DNA of 61,481 nucleotides, the filler included, from Sphacelaria rigidula (Eukaryota): assembly GCA_964200075.2 (NCBI GenBank). It is 9 parts of 9 records of this genome, joined end to end, with 100 filler letters (N's around TTAATTAATTAA, not from the genome) between each part and the next. Parts side by side here need not be neighbours in the genome. Positions count along the whole stretch, not along the records: positions 6,844 to 13,586 come from CAXNAA020018301.1; positions 13,687 to 20,429 come from CAXNAA020018302.1; positions 20,530 to 27,271 come from CAXNAA020018303.1; 6 more parts are not named here. The stretch is one strand, 5' to 3'. Shown piece after piece: positions 11,404 through 24,151 of the stretch. The position numbers and the translations under genes are program-made. Position 1 is the first letter of the stretch, and every line of letters begins with the position of its first letter. The notes below the pieces were generated by a model that was not told where the DNA came from, made no database searches, and saw only the letters and a list, made by a program, of their open reading frames with translations.

Positions 11404-13184
11404 TTCGCCCACGACTCCCACGATGTGCAACCCTCATGACGTGCAACTCACACGGTGCAAGCAACGTTGTTTGTTGACCTTGGTGCGTCTCTGCATGCCC
11501 ATACCCTCCTCTTCGAAGGCGCGCACAAGAACACGAAGTTTGAGACGGAAACAGCGAACCTCACCTCGTCGATTTCACCGCGTTTGACGGCGGGTGATTC
11601 AGCAAAATCAAACGTCAGATTAGTGCTATATATAGGGGTAATACATGTGCCACACTGCGGCAAAACCGAATACGTGGTCTTAAACGTCACAAGATGAAGC
11701 TCCTGCCCTGTCTGGCGGGAACATATACACCTTGAGGACAACCTGTATTTTCACCTCCGTAGATCGGGTCAAAACTGGACACTGCTGAGAGTCGCAGCCT
11801 TGATCAGGTACTCCATTCCCAGTCCGCTATCCCACACAACAACGCGAAACTATTGTAAGGTTCATTTGTTTACTCACCTGGCTGTGGTCTCAAACACATA
11901 CTCGGGCGAGAATGGGACCACTGTCCAGAGTCATCGAGGGAGAAAGGGCCAGCTTGGAGATGAACACTGAGTAACCTGATACCGTGATCGTTAGGCGTGC
12001 GCACCACATTCATTCGGTGCGCCTGGTCGCAACTGCTCAACTGCTGCGGACATTTGGGGGGAAAGATGGTTTCGCTCGGTGTGACTGTTTCGCGCCATCC
12101 CTGCAAAAAAGAGGACACTTGAACCCCATTATAGATATAAACCCCAACAATAATGACCCGCTGTTTTTTCTGTCTTTCCTGCATTTTGAGGCGAGCGAGC
12201 AGCTCGGGTGGAGCTTGCACGGTTGATGTTTGGTGAGTGAAGGGTAAAAGAGATCGATACAAGAAGCGCTAATACATATTCCCCTCTGTCCAGAGCACGT
12301 CCTCTGAGAGGCCTGCCTTGTTTCAATAGGTGGCATCTATCGCTTCTCCTTTCCCGCTTGTTTGGTTGAGTATGGGTAATTCATGGCGTACACGATCAAC
12401 ATTTCGGGAGGGACGAGTCTGCGAGCAAACCAATCTGTAGACGTTGACCCTACCCCGGGGAATGTTGCCCCGTGGACTGTACGGTATTGGATCGGATTCA
12501 CTTCGAGAAAATGCCTCGGTTCGGTGGGGAAAATCAGATCGATTTCCCGATTCTGTGCAGGATGTTGGCTTTCGATATGTCACCATGTTGCTCAAACTTG
12601 TGCAACCCTGAATAGATGTTGGTCCTGAACCCCTGTCTGGGCCTTGAGGGTTTCGATCACTCGAAGACCGAGAAGCTACCATAGCACAGACCCCTCGAGA
12701 GATCCCGCTGCATAGATTCAAACTCGAATATCTTGGCCATTCGACATTCAATCAACTAACGTTCAAACCACCCCTCCCGACCACGGAGCGCTTCTGTGGT
12801 TCACCGTGTGTTTTATGTTGCTCTTGAGGCAATACGTGAGAGAAAATAATGACCACGCAGGGACTACGTGCGCTTGTTACTCACGGTACCCTGTGTGAAA
12901 GCATAGCGTAGGAAAGCACAAATCGTCCCCACGCCAATTGAGTCTCTTCCACGGCGGGCATGACATGCAGGTGAGCTTCTTCACGATTAGATCCCAATCC
13001 TACACATATGAGTTTACCAGTTCTAGGGATCTGCCCCCCCGCCCCCACTGGACGTTGGGGCCAGAAGGTCTTAGACGTGAAAGGTGGTTAAGGCGGAAGG
13101 AAATAGGTTGTAGGGGACGGGTGAAGTGGGCAGTGCAGGGCGTGAAAATTACAGTTTGGGTATGGGAGACATGCGGAACATGCT

Positions 13185-13395
13185 TCTAATGCATGAGAGG
13201 ACCGCGTACTCAGAGGACCGCGCCGTAGTCCGAAATACATCAGGATCGACGTTTTTCAAAACCAATCGGGCTAGTCCCTGCAGGTACCACGCCCCTGACC
13301 ATAACCCTACCAATAACACTAAGCCTAACCCTAACCATTGGGATGTTCAAATTCCGATGCGGTCACCTAAGCACGCGGTCCTCTCACGCATTACA
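13185..13395. mobile_element. TGT...ACA MITE with CCCTAA repeats, copy 3 (opposite orientation)
   Basis: Same TIR. Perfect 5-bp TSD ATGCT at 13180-13184 and 13396-13400. Confidence 0.85.
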
Positions 13396-14330
13396 ATGCT
13401 TCTCTGTCCGCGAAATGAATCTCAATGTATTCTCCCGTGAACAGCGGATCCCAGAAAATAGGGTTCATACAAAATATGAGGTTAAAGTGACATTTCTCTT
13501 TTGCAGGGAAGACGCGACACACTTGCGACCGAGCGAAGCCATCTTCCCCCCCCAAATGTCCGCAGCAGTTGAGCAGCTGTGGCTAGNNNNNNNNNNNNNN
13601 NNNNNNNNNNNNNNNNNNNNNNNNNNNNNNTTAATTAATTAANNNNNNNNNNNNNNNNNNNNNNNNNNNNNNNNNNNNNNNNNNNNTCGTACGATTCGAA
13701 TCAATTATACGAAAACCAAGTAATTTCCAGACGAATCATTATTTGTCCGACCCTTGGAGAGTTCTCTCCGATTTCTTACTTCAGGTAGCTATTATAGCTC
13801 ATGAGCTGTCCGACGTCTGCCACCTTCCGCAAGTGTTGAAGGAACGAACACCCACCACGTACTTAATCAACACGGTTGGCATCAGTTCTGGAAATCCTTT
13901 CACCCCCGACGCTAGAGGTGTGCTCACCACCCGGTCGATTGACTTTTTGAACAAATTTCTCGCATACATGAATCATTTTGAAAAGCAGCCCCAACTCTGT
14001 CTTCTTCAAGGCCATGTCGTTAAGCAGTCATTATTTCGCCTACATACAGTGAAGGGGGGCCTAGAAATTGCAGATCGAGCAGATGCGCTGTATGTACACC
14101 CTGTCAAAGAAAGGCGCGACCACCTCTAGCCAGGCGTCACGTCGGGCGTGGCAAGCTATTATTTTTTACATGAATTCGAGGACGGTGAAGTACGGGCCAA
14201 ATAGGGAATATTTTCAAGATACTTTGTTTTTCATTAACGTTTTTTTTCTTTCATGAATATTGAAATAAAAAAAAACATTTCTAAGAGTAAATATCACCTA
14301 ACGGGGAGCACCATCACAACAAACCGCGTA

Positions 14331-14883
14331 CACCCCGGACAATCAGTATTCTTGTAAAAAAAAGTGTACTGCGTACAGTATGGAATTGATTGTCTACTTG
14401 CAATAGACACAATAGTCGATACTGTACGCATTACACTTTTTTTTTACAATGTATACCCTTTGTTTTTTTGTACCGGGTGTGAAAGCGCTCAAGTTTCCTC
14501 ATCGTCGTCATCGAGATCTGCTTCATCCGGGATAAGGACCACCGAAACCAGGGGCAACCTCACGAACATCATTTTCAGCAAAAGAGCTCCGGCAGCATGT
14601 CGTTTTGACCTCCTTGGTGCCCAATATGCGAACAGGTTCGGGTCCACCACGACAAGATCATCATGGTGGAGAGGCCTGGGAACACCTCGTACATCTCAGC
14701 TTCGTCCAATGAATCAGAAACACCTTCACACACCAAACCGTAGATTACCTACTTCGTCCAAAAGTGTGTTTCATACAGTATCGACTGTTGCATGCATCTA
14801 TTGCAATAAACGAACAACAAGTTCCGTTCTGTACGCAGGATATTTTTCGACGATGTAATTTATTGTTGTCATTATCCAGCGTG
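14331..14883. mobile_element. EnSpm/CMC-like non-autonomous element (CAC termini)
   Basis: Ends CACCCCGGACAAT and ATTATCCAGCGTG. Subterminal sequence is shared with 33066-33208. Confidence 0.55.
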
Positions 14884-16119
14884 TGAACAACTTGCGCTTC
14901 TTCGATCATCGTTGTGAACCAAAAATCGATCTCCCGGCCACATACCCCAGCGTAGGCCAATCTCACACCACGCTGCATGACATGGGGCGATGTTAACGTG
15001 CCAGCAACAGTCGCCGTATAGAAGTGACAGTTCTCGAAGCAGTGAAGAGTGCACGGGGCATGTACGTGTGTGGTGTTTCTTGTTTTTCAGCCCGATCATT
15101 TTTGTGGGCTGTGGACCGGCGAGGGTGGCCCATTTGTCAAACCGGCACCATTTCCACTAGGAAAACGACCCATGTGACCCACTCGGGGCATCGACGGGTC
15201 ACGTTGCTTCAGTCATCGTTGCGAACCGCTTCTCCTCCGGTTATTCGCCAGCGTAGGTGACCGAACTAACCTGACAACATGCTGCATTCTATCGCTAATG
15301 CTGATGTACCATGGGGAGATGTCTGGTACTACCATCAGATCTCAACTGGCAGAGAACATGATACCGCGTGTTTCTCATGTCGGATCGCTTTTGTGGGCTG
15401 TAGTTTGTTCTCTCAGACCTAGCACATGACTGCGTCCCCTTTCTGTATTTGCTCGTATCATGGATGTTCGATTGAGATCAAAAATTGTGCTCACATTGTA
15501 CAGCTCACCATCGCACACTACATCTCCGGTTATACAACCGCGAAGGTCGCCAGCAGCCAGCGTTACGCCGCGTTTTATGCTACGAGCAATGATGCCATGC
15601 CAGCGGTTGAGGTTTGGAAGAAGTTTCACGGCAGACAAAGCCACCGTATTTTCTGTAAATCTCTGCAAATTGACTAGCGGCGTGCGTGTCGTTCATGATG
15701 TGGTTGCGTGTGCGTGACAAGTTCAAGAGCTCCAATTTGTGATCGACCCATTTCAATTTCACCGCTGAGGCTCGAAGAGAAAACACAAATTGCGGGAGAG
15801 GGGAATTCATCCATTGGTGGGCCCCAGAACTGTAGCCACCTGTCACCCACTTGGAAAGCGCGCTGGAGAAGCATTGAACAAAGGCAAAGAACACGAAGGG
15901 ACGTCTATTCTCCGGATTCAACTCGATTTTTTTGTTTTTATGTCATCAGTTATCCCCTTGATTTCCTGAGCATATAACGCAACTCGTACAGCGCCCGAAA
16001 CTTCTCACATCATCCTGAACGCTCGTGCATGGACAACTGCGTTTGAGGGTTACTCGACGATGCCCGTAAAGTTGAAAGAATATACCATAGCTCCCAACTT
16101 GGAAGTTGGTGATTTTAGG

Positions 16120-16450
16120 GGAGGGGGAGGGGGGAGGGGGGGTGCTCATGATGTGCATGCCGTAGTCATAAAACCATTGACTTCGCATCCCGAAAAAGCT
16201 GGGATGGAGCACGCCGGCTTTTCGCCGGACCAAGCTCGCAATCACCACGAACCAAGCGCCGCGATGTGTTCGGCGAGTCGCATGAGGGGTGAGCTGCGCC
16301 CTGCTAAGATTGTTCGGTCCGAAGCGTACCAATTATTTTGCACATGACAGCCTTGCATCCTCGCATGAGTTGCTCCATTTTCTGGTCTCGCCATTTCCGG
16401 AGACAGCTAAAGGTTACACACTGCCTCATAGGTGTCTCACCATTTATGTA
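16120..16450 (-). mobile_element. Structured-head C-tailed retroposon family, 3' part
   Basis: Homologous to 37585-38105. The G-run on + at the left end corresponds to the C-tail on the sense strand. Confidence 0.75.
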
Positions 16451-17064
16451 TCAGGGTAAGGGGAGGGTGGGGGGTATCAAGGGAAGTCCATGCCCTCCCT
16501 GCGTACGAGGTCATTATCCAGCGTGTGCATGTCGATAATCTACAAGGTCACGTAGAGGGTTAAAATCAACTACACTGCATTCAAGTAATTATGATTGGCC
16601 ATACTTGATCCGAGTATAATCAGTTCGCACAGACTAAAGTCAAGTATCTGAATGTACATCTATGCTTGACCCAAGTAGTAAGGTCTGCAAAGTCTAGAGT
16701 CAAGTAGTTAGTTGTCGATTGTTATGGAGTTTGGCATTGCCACAACATATTCGAGTAAATAAAATCAGTTTCGCTTGATCCCAGTAGCTACTTAGCCAAG
16801 ACTAAAGTCAAACCCGGGTTGCTGTTATCCGGGCCCCTGGGGCAGCGAGATGGCAACGATTTCAGGCGCACCAAGAGTACTTTGCTCCTGCATGCGGCTG
16901 TTTGGAGCGAGATCCCACAGCAGTACAGCAAAGTATAGCTGCACAAGAACAGTACAGTACTTGCAGCGGTAGCATTGTAGGCGAGTACACCACGGAGCTC
17001 ACTCGAGCAGACCGACTGGGTCCCAACTGAATGTGGAAAATACGTGTCATGTTGTGAAGTTGCA

Positions 17065-18774
17065 CACCCTCGACACTAGACGGCATCCATTGCAATAGCA
17101 ATAGAATCTGCTGCAGTAGATGCCAATATCGTCATCCGTAATGGCCATCGATCGGCAATTTTCCCTTTCTATTGCCGTTGGCAATATCTATCGATAGACA
17201 AGTTTCCCACACTTTTGACCGGGCAGCAGTCTGTTGTGGCCCTACACCGAAATCTATTGCGGCCGACCAAATGCATCGATCGATAGCTTTACAAACCTAT
17301 TGATGACGGCAATGGCTATCGATAGACCGCATGCCCAATCTGTTGATGACGACGATGGCTACTGACAGATCGTATGCCGAATTCATTGATGGCGGCAATA
17401 GCTATTGATAGATTGCGTATACATCTATGCATTGCGGCAATGAATAACGATAGATACATACCACAATCTACTGTGGTATACAATGCCTACCGTTATGTAC
17501 TGTCTGTCATCCATCGTCACAGCTACATCGCAACATACTACGTATAGAGCATGTTATACTTCGTTAAGGTACGGTAGAGAAGACGCAGGTGGGCATTCAG
17601 TGGGTATATCATGTTACTACTTGTCAATATAGGACATCACGTTTCTATGATTTTGTAACGCTCATATTTTGAAGGAATCCGCAGAAAGTGTTTTGTCGTT
17701 GGTGCGGTACTGGTACTTATGGTTGCCCCTCTGATGGACATGAGCGCTCACAGTACCTTTGTGTGTGGACGAGATGTGCTTATACCCTGGACGATAGACT
17801 ATGTAATAGAACATTGGTGCTGCAAGACCCCCGAACATTTGACTGTTAATGTGTATTGCCAGTCATAATCGACTGTCATCAATGTCTATCGATAGCTATT
17901 GTAGGCGACAATAGATTGGGGACAAGGGACGGAATGTATCATCGCCGTGACAATGGAGGGGCCAAGTTATCTATCGATACAATTTGTTTGTTGCGATAGG
18001 CTCTGAATTACGGCCATCAATGTCTACTGCCAATCACAATATGATCTGCCACGCGGCCACCAATACATACAGTCGGTCACAATGGGATATCATTTGCGCC
18101 CACCAATGTCCATTGAGGGTCACAATAGAATCTGAACCGCGGCCACAAACGTCTACCGCTGTTCACAATGTAATCTGAATCGCGGCTACTAATATCTATT
18201 GCTCACCACAACAGTAGCTGAATAGCGTCGATCACTAGCGCTATTCATGCACATATTTTGTATCGTTGGCGTCACTGACCATCGATAGGTGCAAGAAACA
18301 ATCGATTGTTGACGGCGATGCCCATTTTGATGATACCAAAAACTGCCTTGTTGGCAGCAGAGGCTACCGATAGACGGCTCACCAATCTATTGATGACGGC
18401 AATAGGTATTGATGGATGGCTCACCTAACCAATTGATGACGGCAATGATTATCGATGGATGTCTCACCAAACCATTGATGACGGCAATGACTATTAACGG
18501 ATGTCTCACCAAATATTTTGATTATGACAATGGCTATCGATATATAGATCCCAGAATCTATTGCGGTACACGATGTCCATCGATTTCGAGTGATCTGTAT
18601 CTATTGCAATTGCCATAGACCATCGATCGACTATTGCGCCATATATTGTTCCTTGCAATACATATCAATATATGTGTTTCACCATCTATCGTGTTCGACA
18701 ATGTATATCGATAGGTTTTCCCCCGTGTCTATTGCTGACGCAATGTACTATTTTTGTGCCCATTGTCCAGAGTG
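17065..18774. mobile_element. EnSpm/CMC-like non-autonomous element with ~43-bp internal repeat arrays
   Basis: Imperfect TIRs CACCCTCGACACT / ATTGTCCAGAGTG. Arrays of A(T/C)CTATTGATGACGGCAATGGCTATCGATAGA-like units at ~17250-17480 and ~18340-18580. Confidence 0.6.
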
Positions 18775-20144
18775 TGCAAAGTTGGCAAGTGTCTTGGTTG
18801 CTGAACTAGTGGCATATCAAGGAAATGAAGCAGAGGATGCACCGTATGACTTCAAGTATGCTCACAACGAACGGAATAAAACACATCATTCCTAGACATT
18901 CAAAAAGTACCGTACGTTTCCAGAAACGTATTGCGCATAAAAGTTGATTATTTCCCCCGGGGGGAGGCAGAGATGGTATCCAACATTCCAGCCGATGAGC
19001 ACCCTGGGGTCACTCGAAGGCGGACTGCCCGACATACAGGTCCCTCTCCGAACGCTCCGAGGGTGAACACTCGAAAATAAATTTCGCGTTTGTGCTACAA
19101 AGTATCTGACGTCTTGCGCCCCGCCCCAAGCGCGCGCACGTAGTTGCTCTCGCCTCGATTTCCCGACGTCTCTGCTGCTCTTGCCCCTGCGTACATCATG
19201 ACCTAGGAAGCGCTAGAATTCCTCGACATTGTGAACTCACACTTTGTTGAGGAGACGCATCCTCGAATCCCCGATCCTAGCGAGCTTGCGCGCGCTTATT
19301 GTGTCCTCGTCTGCTACTTGTATGCCTCCGCAGCCTTCGGCTGACGGCTAACCCAGGTGCAAATACCGACGGTAGGCGATGCAAGAGACACCGGAGTGTA
19401 CATGAGATCGAGGGGAGACAAAGACAAGCGTGCGAGGAGGGAGAGGGCGTTGATCAACCATGGTCATCAATTGTATAACAAACGTTGCAAGGGCGATGTA
19501 TCTATGAGAGATGACAGAGTATTGTGGTGCGTACCTCTGGAACTGTCTCAACGAGTAGAGAGTGCTCAAAGTTAGGTACAGATAGTCATTGGTCATTGGT
19601 GCTTGAGACGGTAGGCTACAAGGCACACGAAGCTGGAATGGGAAAGAGGTGTCACGAGCAGTGGCATTAGCGCCACTTATGGTGGGGGAAAATAGGGTGC
19701 GGCAAAAGCGGTTATCCATTCAGACAGCGGCTTGTTAGCACGCTTGCAGTGTGTGTGTGTGTGTGTCCAAAGAGTCGGCGAAGATTGAGTTGTCACTGTG
19801 CAGGGGTTGGATGGTCTGTGCGCAGCGGTTGGGGGTGTGCTGCATGCACCGCAGTAGCACAAAAAGTACATGTAACGGCGGGCTTCCACGTAGCCGCCGC
19901 GACCCGGTGGTCTGAACTAAAATGCCGCGCCAACGGCCAGCTAGGGCGGCAGGCTTGCGGGTTCAAATCCCGACGGATACGATCTCCGTGAGCAGATCCG
20001 ATTTTCGTCGCCGAAAACATGAGGACGTGAGCAGCAGAGAAAACTCGACGATAGTCTACATGGTGCGGAGGTTCTGGTCATATCCTCGTTAGCAAAAAAG
20101 GTCGGGCAGGTTCTGAGGGGGAGGAGGCATTTTTTTTTTTCCCC

Positions 20145-20429
20145 CACACTTCGAATCCCTCCCCTTCCTCGGGATGAGTCCGTGGTCTCAAGAGATCAAC
20201 CCATCTCTCCCTGGGTACGTGCCTTTCATTTTGGTGTCACGGATTGGGTCATGACTGTCAGCACTCTCGCACCCGCGTCAACTCACGTCACATAAGCCTA
20301 GTCGACTACTTTGCGTACTCACGTTCTCACGCTTTCCACGGTGGAAGTCATACATTACGAAGAAAAAACCCAACGCATCGGGAATCAAACCCCCGTTCTC
20401 TCCACCCTAATGGCGACAGTCGGACCATC
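20145..20429 (-). mobile_element. tRNA-headed SINE family B
   Basis: B-box-like GGTTTGATTCCC. Body GTCATGATCCAATCCGCGA...ACCACGGACTCGTCCCGAGGAAGGGG is shared with ~2580-2900, 21870-22130, 25570-25960, 31860-32520 and 32900-33040. Confidence 0.65.
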
Positions 20430-20529
20430 NNNNNNNNNNNNNNNNNNNNNNNNNNNNNNNNNNNNNNNNNNNNTTAATTAATTAANNNNNNNNNNNNNNN
20501 NNNNNNNNNNNNNNNNNNNNNNNNNNNNN

Positions 20530-20885
20530 CGCATGAAGGGTGAGCTGCATCCTGCCAAGAGTGTTCGGCCCGAAGCGTACTGATTATCTTGCATTTGGAT
20601 GACAGCCTCCGACGAGTTGCTTCATTTTCTGGTACAGTCAAATCCAGAGACAGCCACGGCTTACACACTGCAACATGGGTGTCTCACCATTTCAATACTA
20701 CGTAGTACGATTTTCTCATTTGAGGTTTTCCCACGCCGCACAAAATGATCTAGCTCAACCACCATGATGGTTACCGCAAAAAACCCGGTAACCTGGTTGC
20801 CTAGCTTACACAGTGATCGGTGTGTTTTACAGCGTCATTGCCAACCGACGCAAACCCAAGAGTCTGGAGGTGGCGGGGGGGGGTG
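20530..20885 (-). mobile_element. Structured-head C-tailed retroposon family, 5' two-thirds
   Basis: Reverse-complement homolog of 37585-37950, including the GCGTC/GACGC-TGTAA head. Confidence 0.78.
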
Positions 20886-21173
20886 TAGTAGCGATATGGG
20901 TGGATCCATATTCATATCCTAAGCAAGCAATAATCTTGCGTCGCATGGTTTCGGGGATGTTCCTCTGAAGCGTATTTTTCATTACCTCGAATCGTTTTCC
21001 ATTCCGCCATCGGAGCACTGTCACACTCCGAGGATATACACAGGTCAAACAGAGCACCTCAAACAGAGCTGCACCTCTCCTCGCTCTCTCCCGTGTCCCA
21101 TGCCCTCCCTGGCACTCACAAAGTATTGGGTTCAAAACGAAATGACAACTACAGCCATATATTGGTAACTCAC

Positions 21174-21282
21174 ATGGCACCAGTGGAATCGCTTCTGCGC
21201 ATAGTTGAACAGCTTGGCGGATTCCATGAACACGTCGCTAACGTCGTGCACCAGCATAACCAGAGTCCCTATTCGCACCAAA
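21174..21282 (-). CDS. LAG1: Ceramide synthase (LAG1/LASS, TLC domain), internal exon
   Basis: [36 protein letters not shown] is the second half of the Lag1p motif. CAG acceptor and GTGAGT donor. 109 bp, phase 2 to 0. Confidence 0.93.
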
Positions 21283-22643
21283 CTGCCGATACGAATAAAA
21301 TTTGCGGGAAAGAAATTAAAAAAAAAGCAAAACGGAAAAAGACAGACGGGGCGAAGAGCAGCGATGAAGTCAAAAGCTCGTCAACACCAAAAGTATCACG
21401 CTTCATGCAATAGCGGTTGAAACATGGGCAAGTACTAACAAAAACAATTTTTTGTCAGGATTCCATATAACAATATACGTGCCCATTGAAATACCAAGGG
21501 GCAGGAGAGGAAAAAAACGCAAGGAGACATCGGGGGATCCTGCTATGGTTACAAGAAAAAAAAACAGAGAGAGAGGGGGGGTATCACAACCCAATCGGTA
21601 TTATTAGTAATTTTTTACAACATCCCTGCGCCGGTAGAGGTTTCTCCAACCTGCAACGACACGCTGGATTTGAGTATGACCTAGAGGAGCGCGCCCATCG
21701 ATCAGCGCCGAATCCGCACAAAATGCACGGGAGGTAAATAAATATGAAACACAGCACCTGTTGTATGAACGTACGTATTGGATTCGAATGGCGCCGGACC
21801 TCCTTCAAGCACATGTGAGTGAGTACAGCTGCTCTGCTTTGACTTCACGAATTTATTTATTGTTGTCATCACACTCTCAACCCCTCCGCTTCCTCGGAAC
21901 AAGTCCGTGGTGTCAAGGGGTTCGACCACGCCATCTCTCCCGGGGTACACGCCTTGCACTTCGGCCTCGCGGGTTGGATCATGACCATCAGCACTCTCGC
22001 CATAACAAACTCAGTCAAACGAACCCATTTCGCTACTACTCACGTACGTCCCCACGCTTTCAATGGCGGAAATCAGATACTTCGAAGCGAAAACTCAAAG
22101 GCATCTGGCAGGACTCCCGAACCCGCCTTCTCTCCAGTTGCATCATGACCATTACACCCCCGGGGCGCGGCATTGCCAACGTATATGCATACACCAAGGA
22201 TCATGCTCCGCACTACTGCTGTCAACAGTTCCAAGAGGTCTGTGGCAAGAAGTTTCGATGGTGTATACTGAACTACTTCTATGCTCTTTTGGCAAGTAAT
22301 ACAACCCACGGGATTTATGCTTTTTGTCCAAGAAAAAAAATCCAGAGAAAAAGGCTGTTTAGAAACAGCAAGTAAAGCAAAAATATCTCCTTCATAGCTC
22401 CCCAAGCACAGTAGCGGCCCGCTCGTGAGAGACGATATTCGAGAGTTCCGGAAGATGTTTTTTTTCATCATAAGGTCACAGTGCAGAGTGGAAACTTCGA
22501 AACTTCACAGTGGACGTTAAAAAATTCATAGCGGAAGCTGATGTGACGTGGTTTGACGTGTTTTTCGGGGGGGTTTTGTCGCAGTGATTGGCCGCTGGTT
22601 GCCCCGCCAAATGTACGATCGACCAGCATCCATTTTGAAAGTG

Positions 22644-24151
22644 GGCAAAAAGTATATTCACCCATATGGGTGGATCCTTATTCCCACCGTCACCTTTTAT
22701 CATGACCGATCCCGCGTTGTTTTTTTTAATTCGGTAGTTGACATTTTTTTTATCTGCGACCCGCTACGGATGTTTGCAAACAAAGTGAAGCCTTCACGTG
22801 TACCGGAGTGCAGGCAGTAGTCAGTAGTCATATCCTCTGCATCTGCATCCACCGTCATGTACGTGCATCTGCATGTAGCCTCGAACCCTACAGTGAAGAC
22901 GGAATAGTGCTGTACTGTATTGGCAAAGCACAGCTACCTACTGTGCTCGCGAGTACAGCCCGTGCTTGTAACCTGGCAGAGTACAGCCTGTACTTGGAAA
23001 TGGAGTAGTACAAGGTTACAAGTACAGCCTACAGCTGTGCCGTGTTTGTGAAGCACAGCCTATACTTATGATGTCGTTCTGTTCGCAAAATTCACGGTCT
23101 GTACTTGTGAATACTTATGTGCCCTGCTGTAACACCCTGACACTGCATTGTACTACCGTTATACCGTAAAGTCTACATCGTGCAGGAAGTGTTGTGCCCA
23201 TCATCTCGACAAATCTCATCCACGGCACCACCGGATGATGAACGATCGAATTGGGTGTTTTCCGTCGTGCTCAACATTGAGTCGTGATGGCTGGACTTCG
23301 ATACTCCGTCGGTCCTCCTTGTGCTTGTCGCTGCTGTATACACTCATTTTTTTTTGTTGTCTTTTACGTCCTTACCGTCTCCCTTGAATTGTGCGATCAC
23401 TTTTGAATAGACGTTCAGAGTCATGCGGAAGGGGGTCGTCCATTTTGACCCAGATGTTCATCATCGAGATACTCTCAGAGTTAGGACCGATACAATGATG
23501 AAGACAAGACATTTCAGGTGCATTTGTTTGCCAACCGTGGCGTGCTCACATGTATTTTTCGAGTTGGTTTTCGGATGAGAGACACTGCTCCCAACAAATG
23601 CCATTGAAGACATGTCTTGTGATTTTGATTGTGTTGCCATCGCATCAAATAGAAGGAGGCACACGACAGATTTACCCAAGATGGTTACTGAGGTTTTCCT
23701 GTTCTTGCATTACTCAGCTGGCTTGGACGCGAACCCCGGCACTTTTTGCGCTGTAACCTTGTACTACTGCATGTCCAAGTACAGGCTGTACTCTGCAAGC
23801 ACAGACAATACAGTAGTGCCAGGTTACAAGCACGGGCTGTACTCGCGAGCACAGTAGGTAGCTGTGCTTTGCCAATACAGTACAGCACTATTCCGTCTTC
23901 ACTGTAGGGTTCGAGGCTACATGCAGATGCACGTACATGACAGTGGATGCAGATGCAGAGGATATGACTACTGACTACTGCCTGCACTCCGGTACACGTG
24001 AAGGCTTCACTTTGTTCGCAAACATCCGTAGCGGGTCGCAGATAAAAAAAATGTGAACTACCGAATTAAAAAAAACAACGCGGGATCGGTCATAATAAAA
24101 GGTGACGGTGGGAATAAGGATCCACCCATATAGGTGGATATACTTCTTGCC
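22644..24151. mobile_element. Mutator-like element (MULE), non-autonomous, intronic
   Basis: Highly similar ~375-400-bp inverted arms (22644-23020, 23752-24151) starting GGCAA. Perfect 9-bp TSD TTGAAAGTG at 22635-22643 and 24152-24160. Confidence 0.92.

Noticed and set aside
13743..14129. 128-aa ORF as a host gene
   Set aside because: It shares sequence with a repeat at ~25470-25530, and the opposite strand has only a weak, interrupted transposase-like trace. Treated as an unclassified TE relic.
17250..18580. Possible CRISPR-like 43-bp periodic repeats
   Set aside because: Degenerate tandem units without a repeat/spacer dichotomy, lying within a TIR-bounded element.
18990..19025. Hammerhead ribozyme core (CCGATGAG...CTCGAAG)
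   Set aside because: Both conserved boxes deviate from CUGAUGA/GAAA, and no stems I and III were found.
22808..23987. Two near-identical ORFs on opposite strands (MQAVVSSH...)
   Set aside because: They are simply translations of the two MULE TIR arms.
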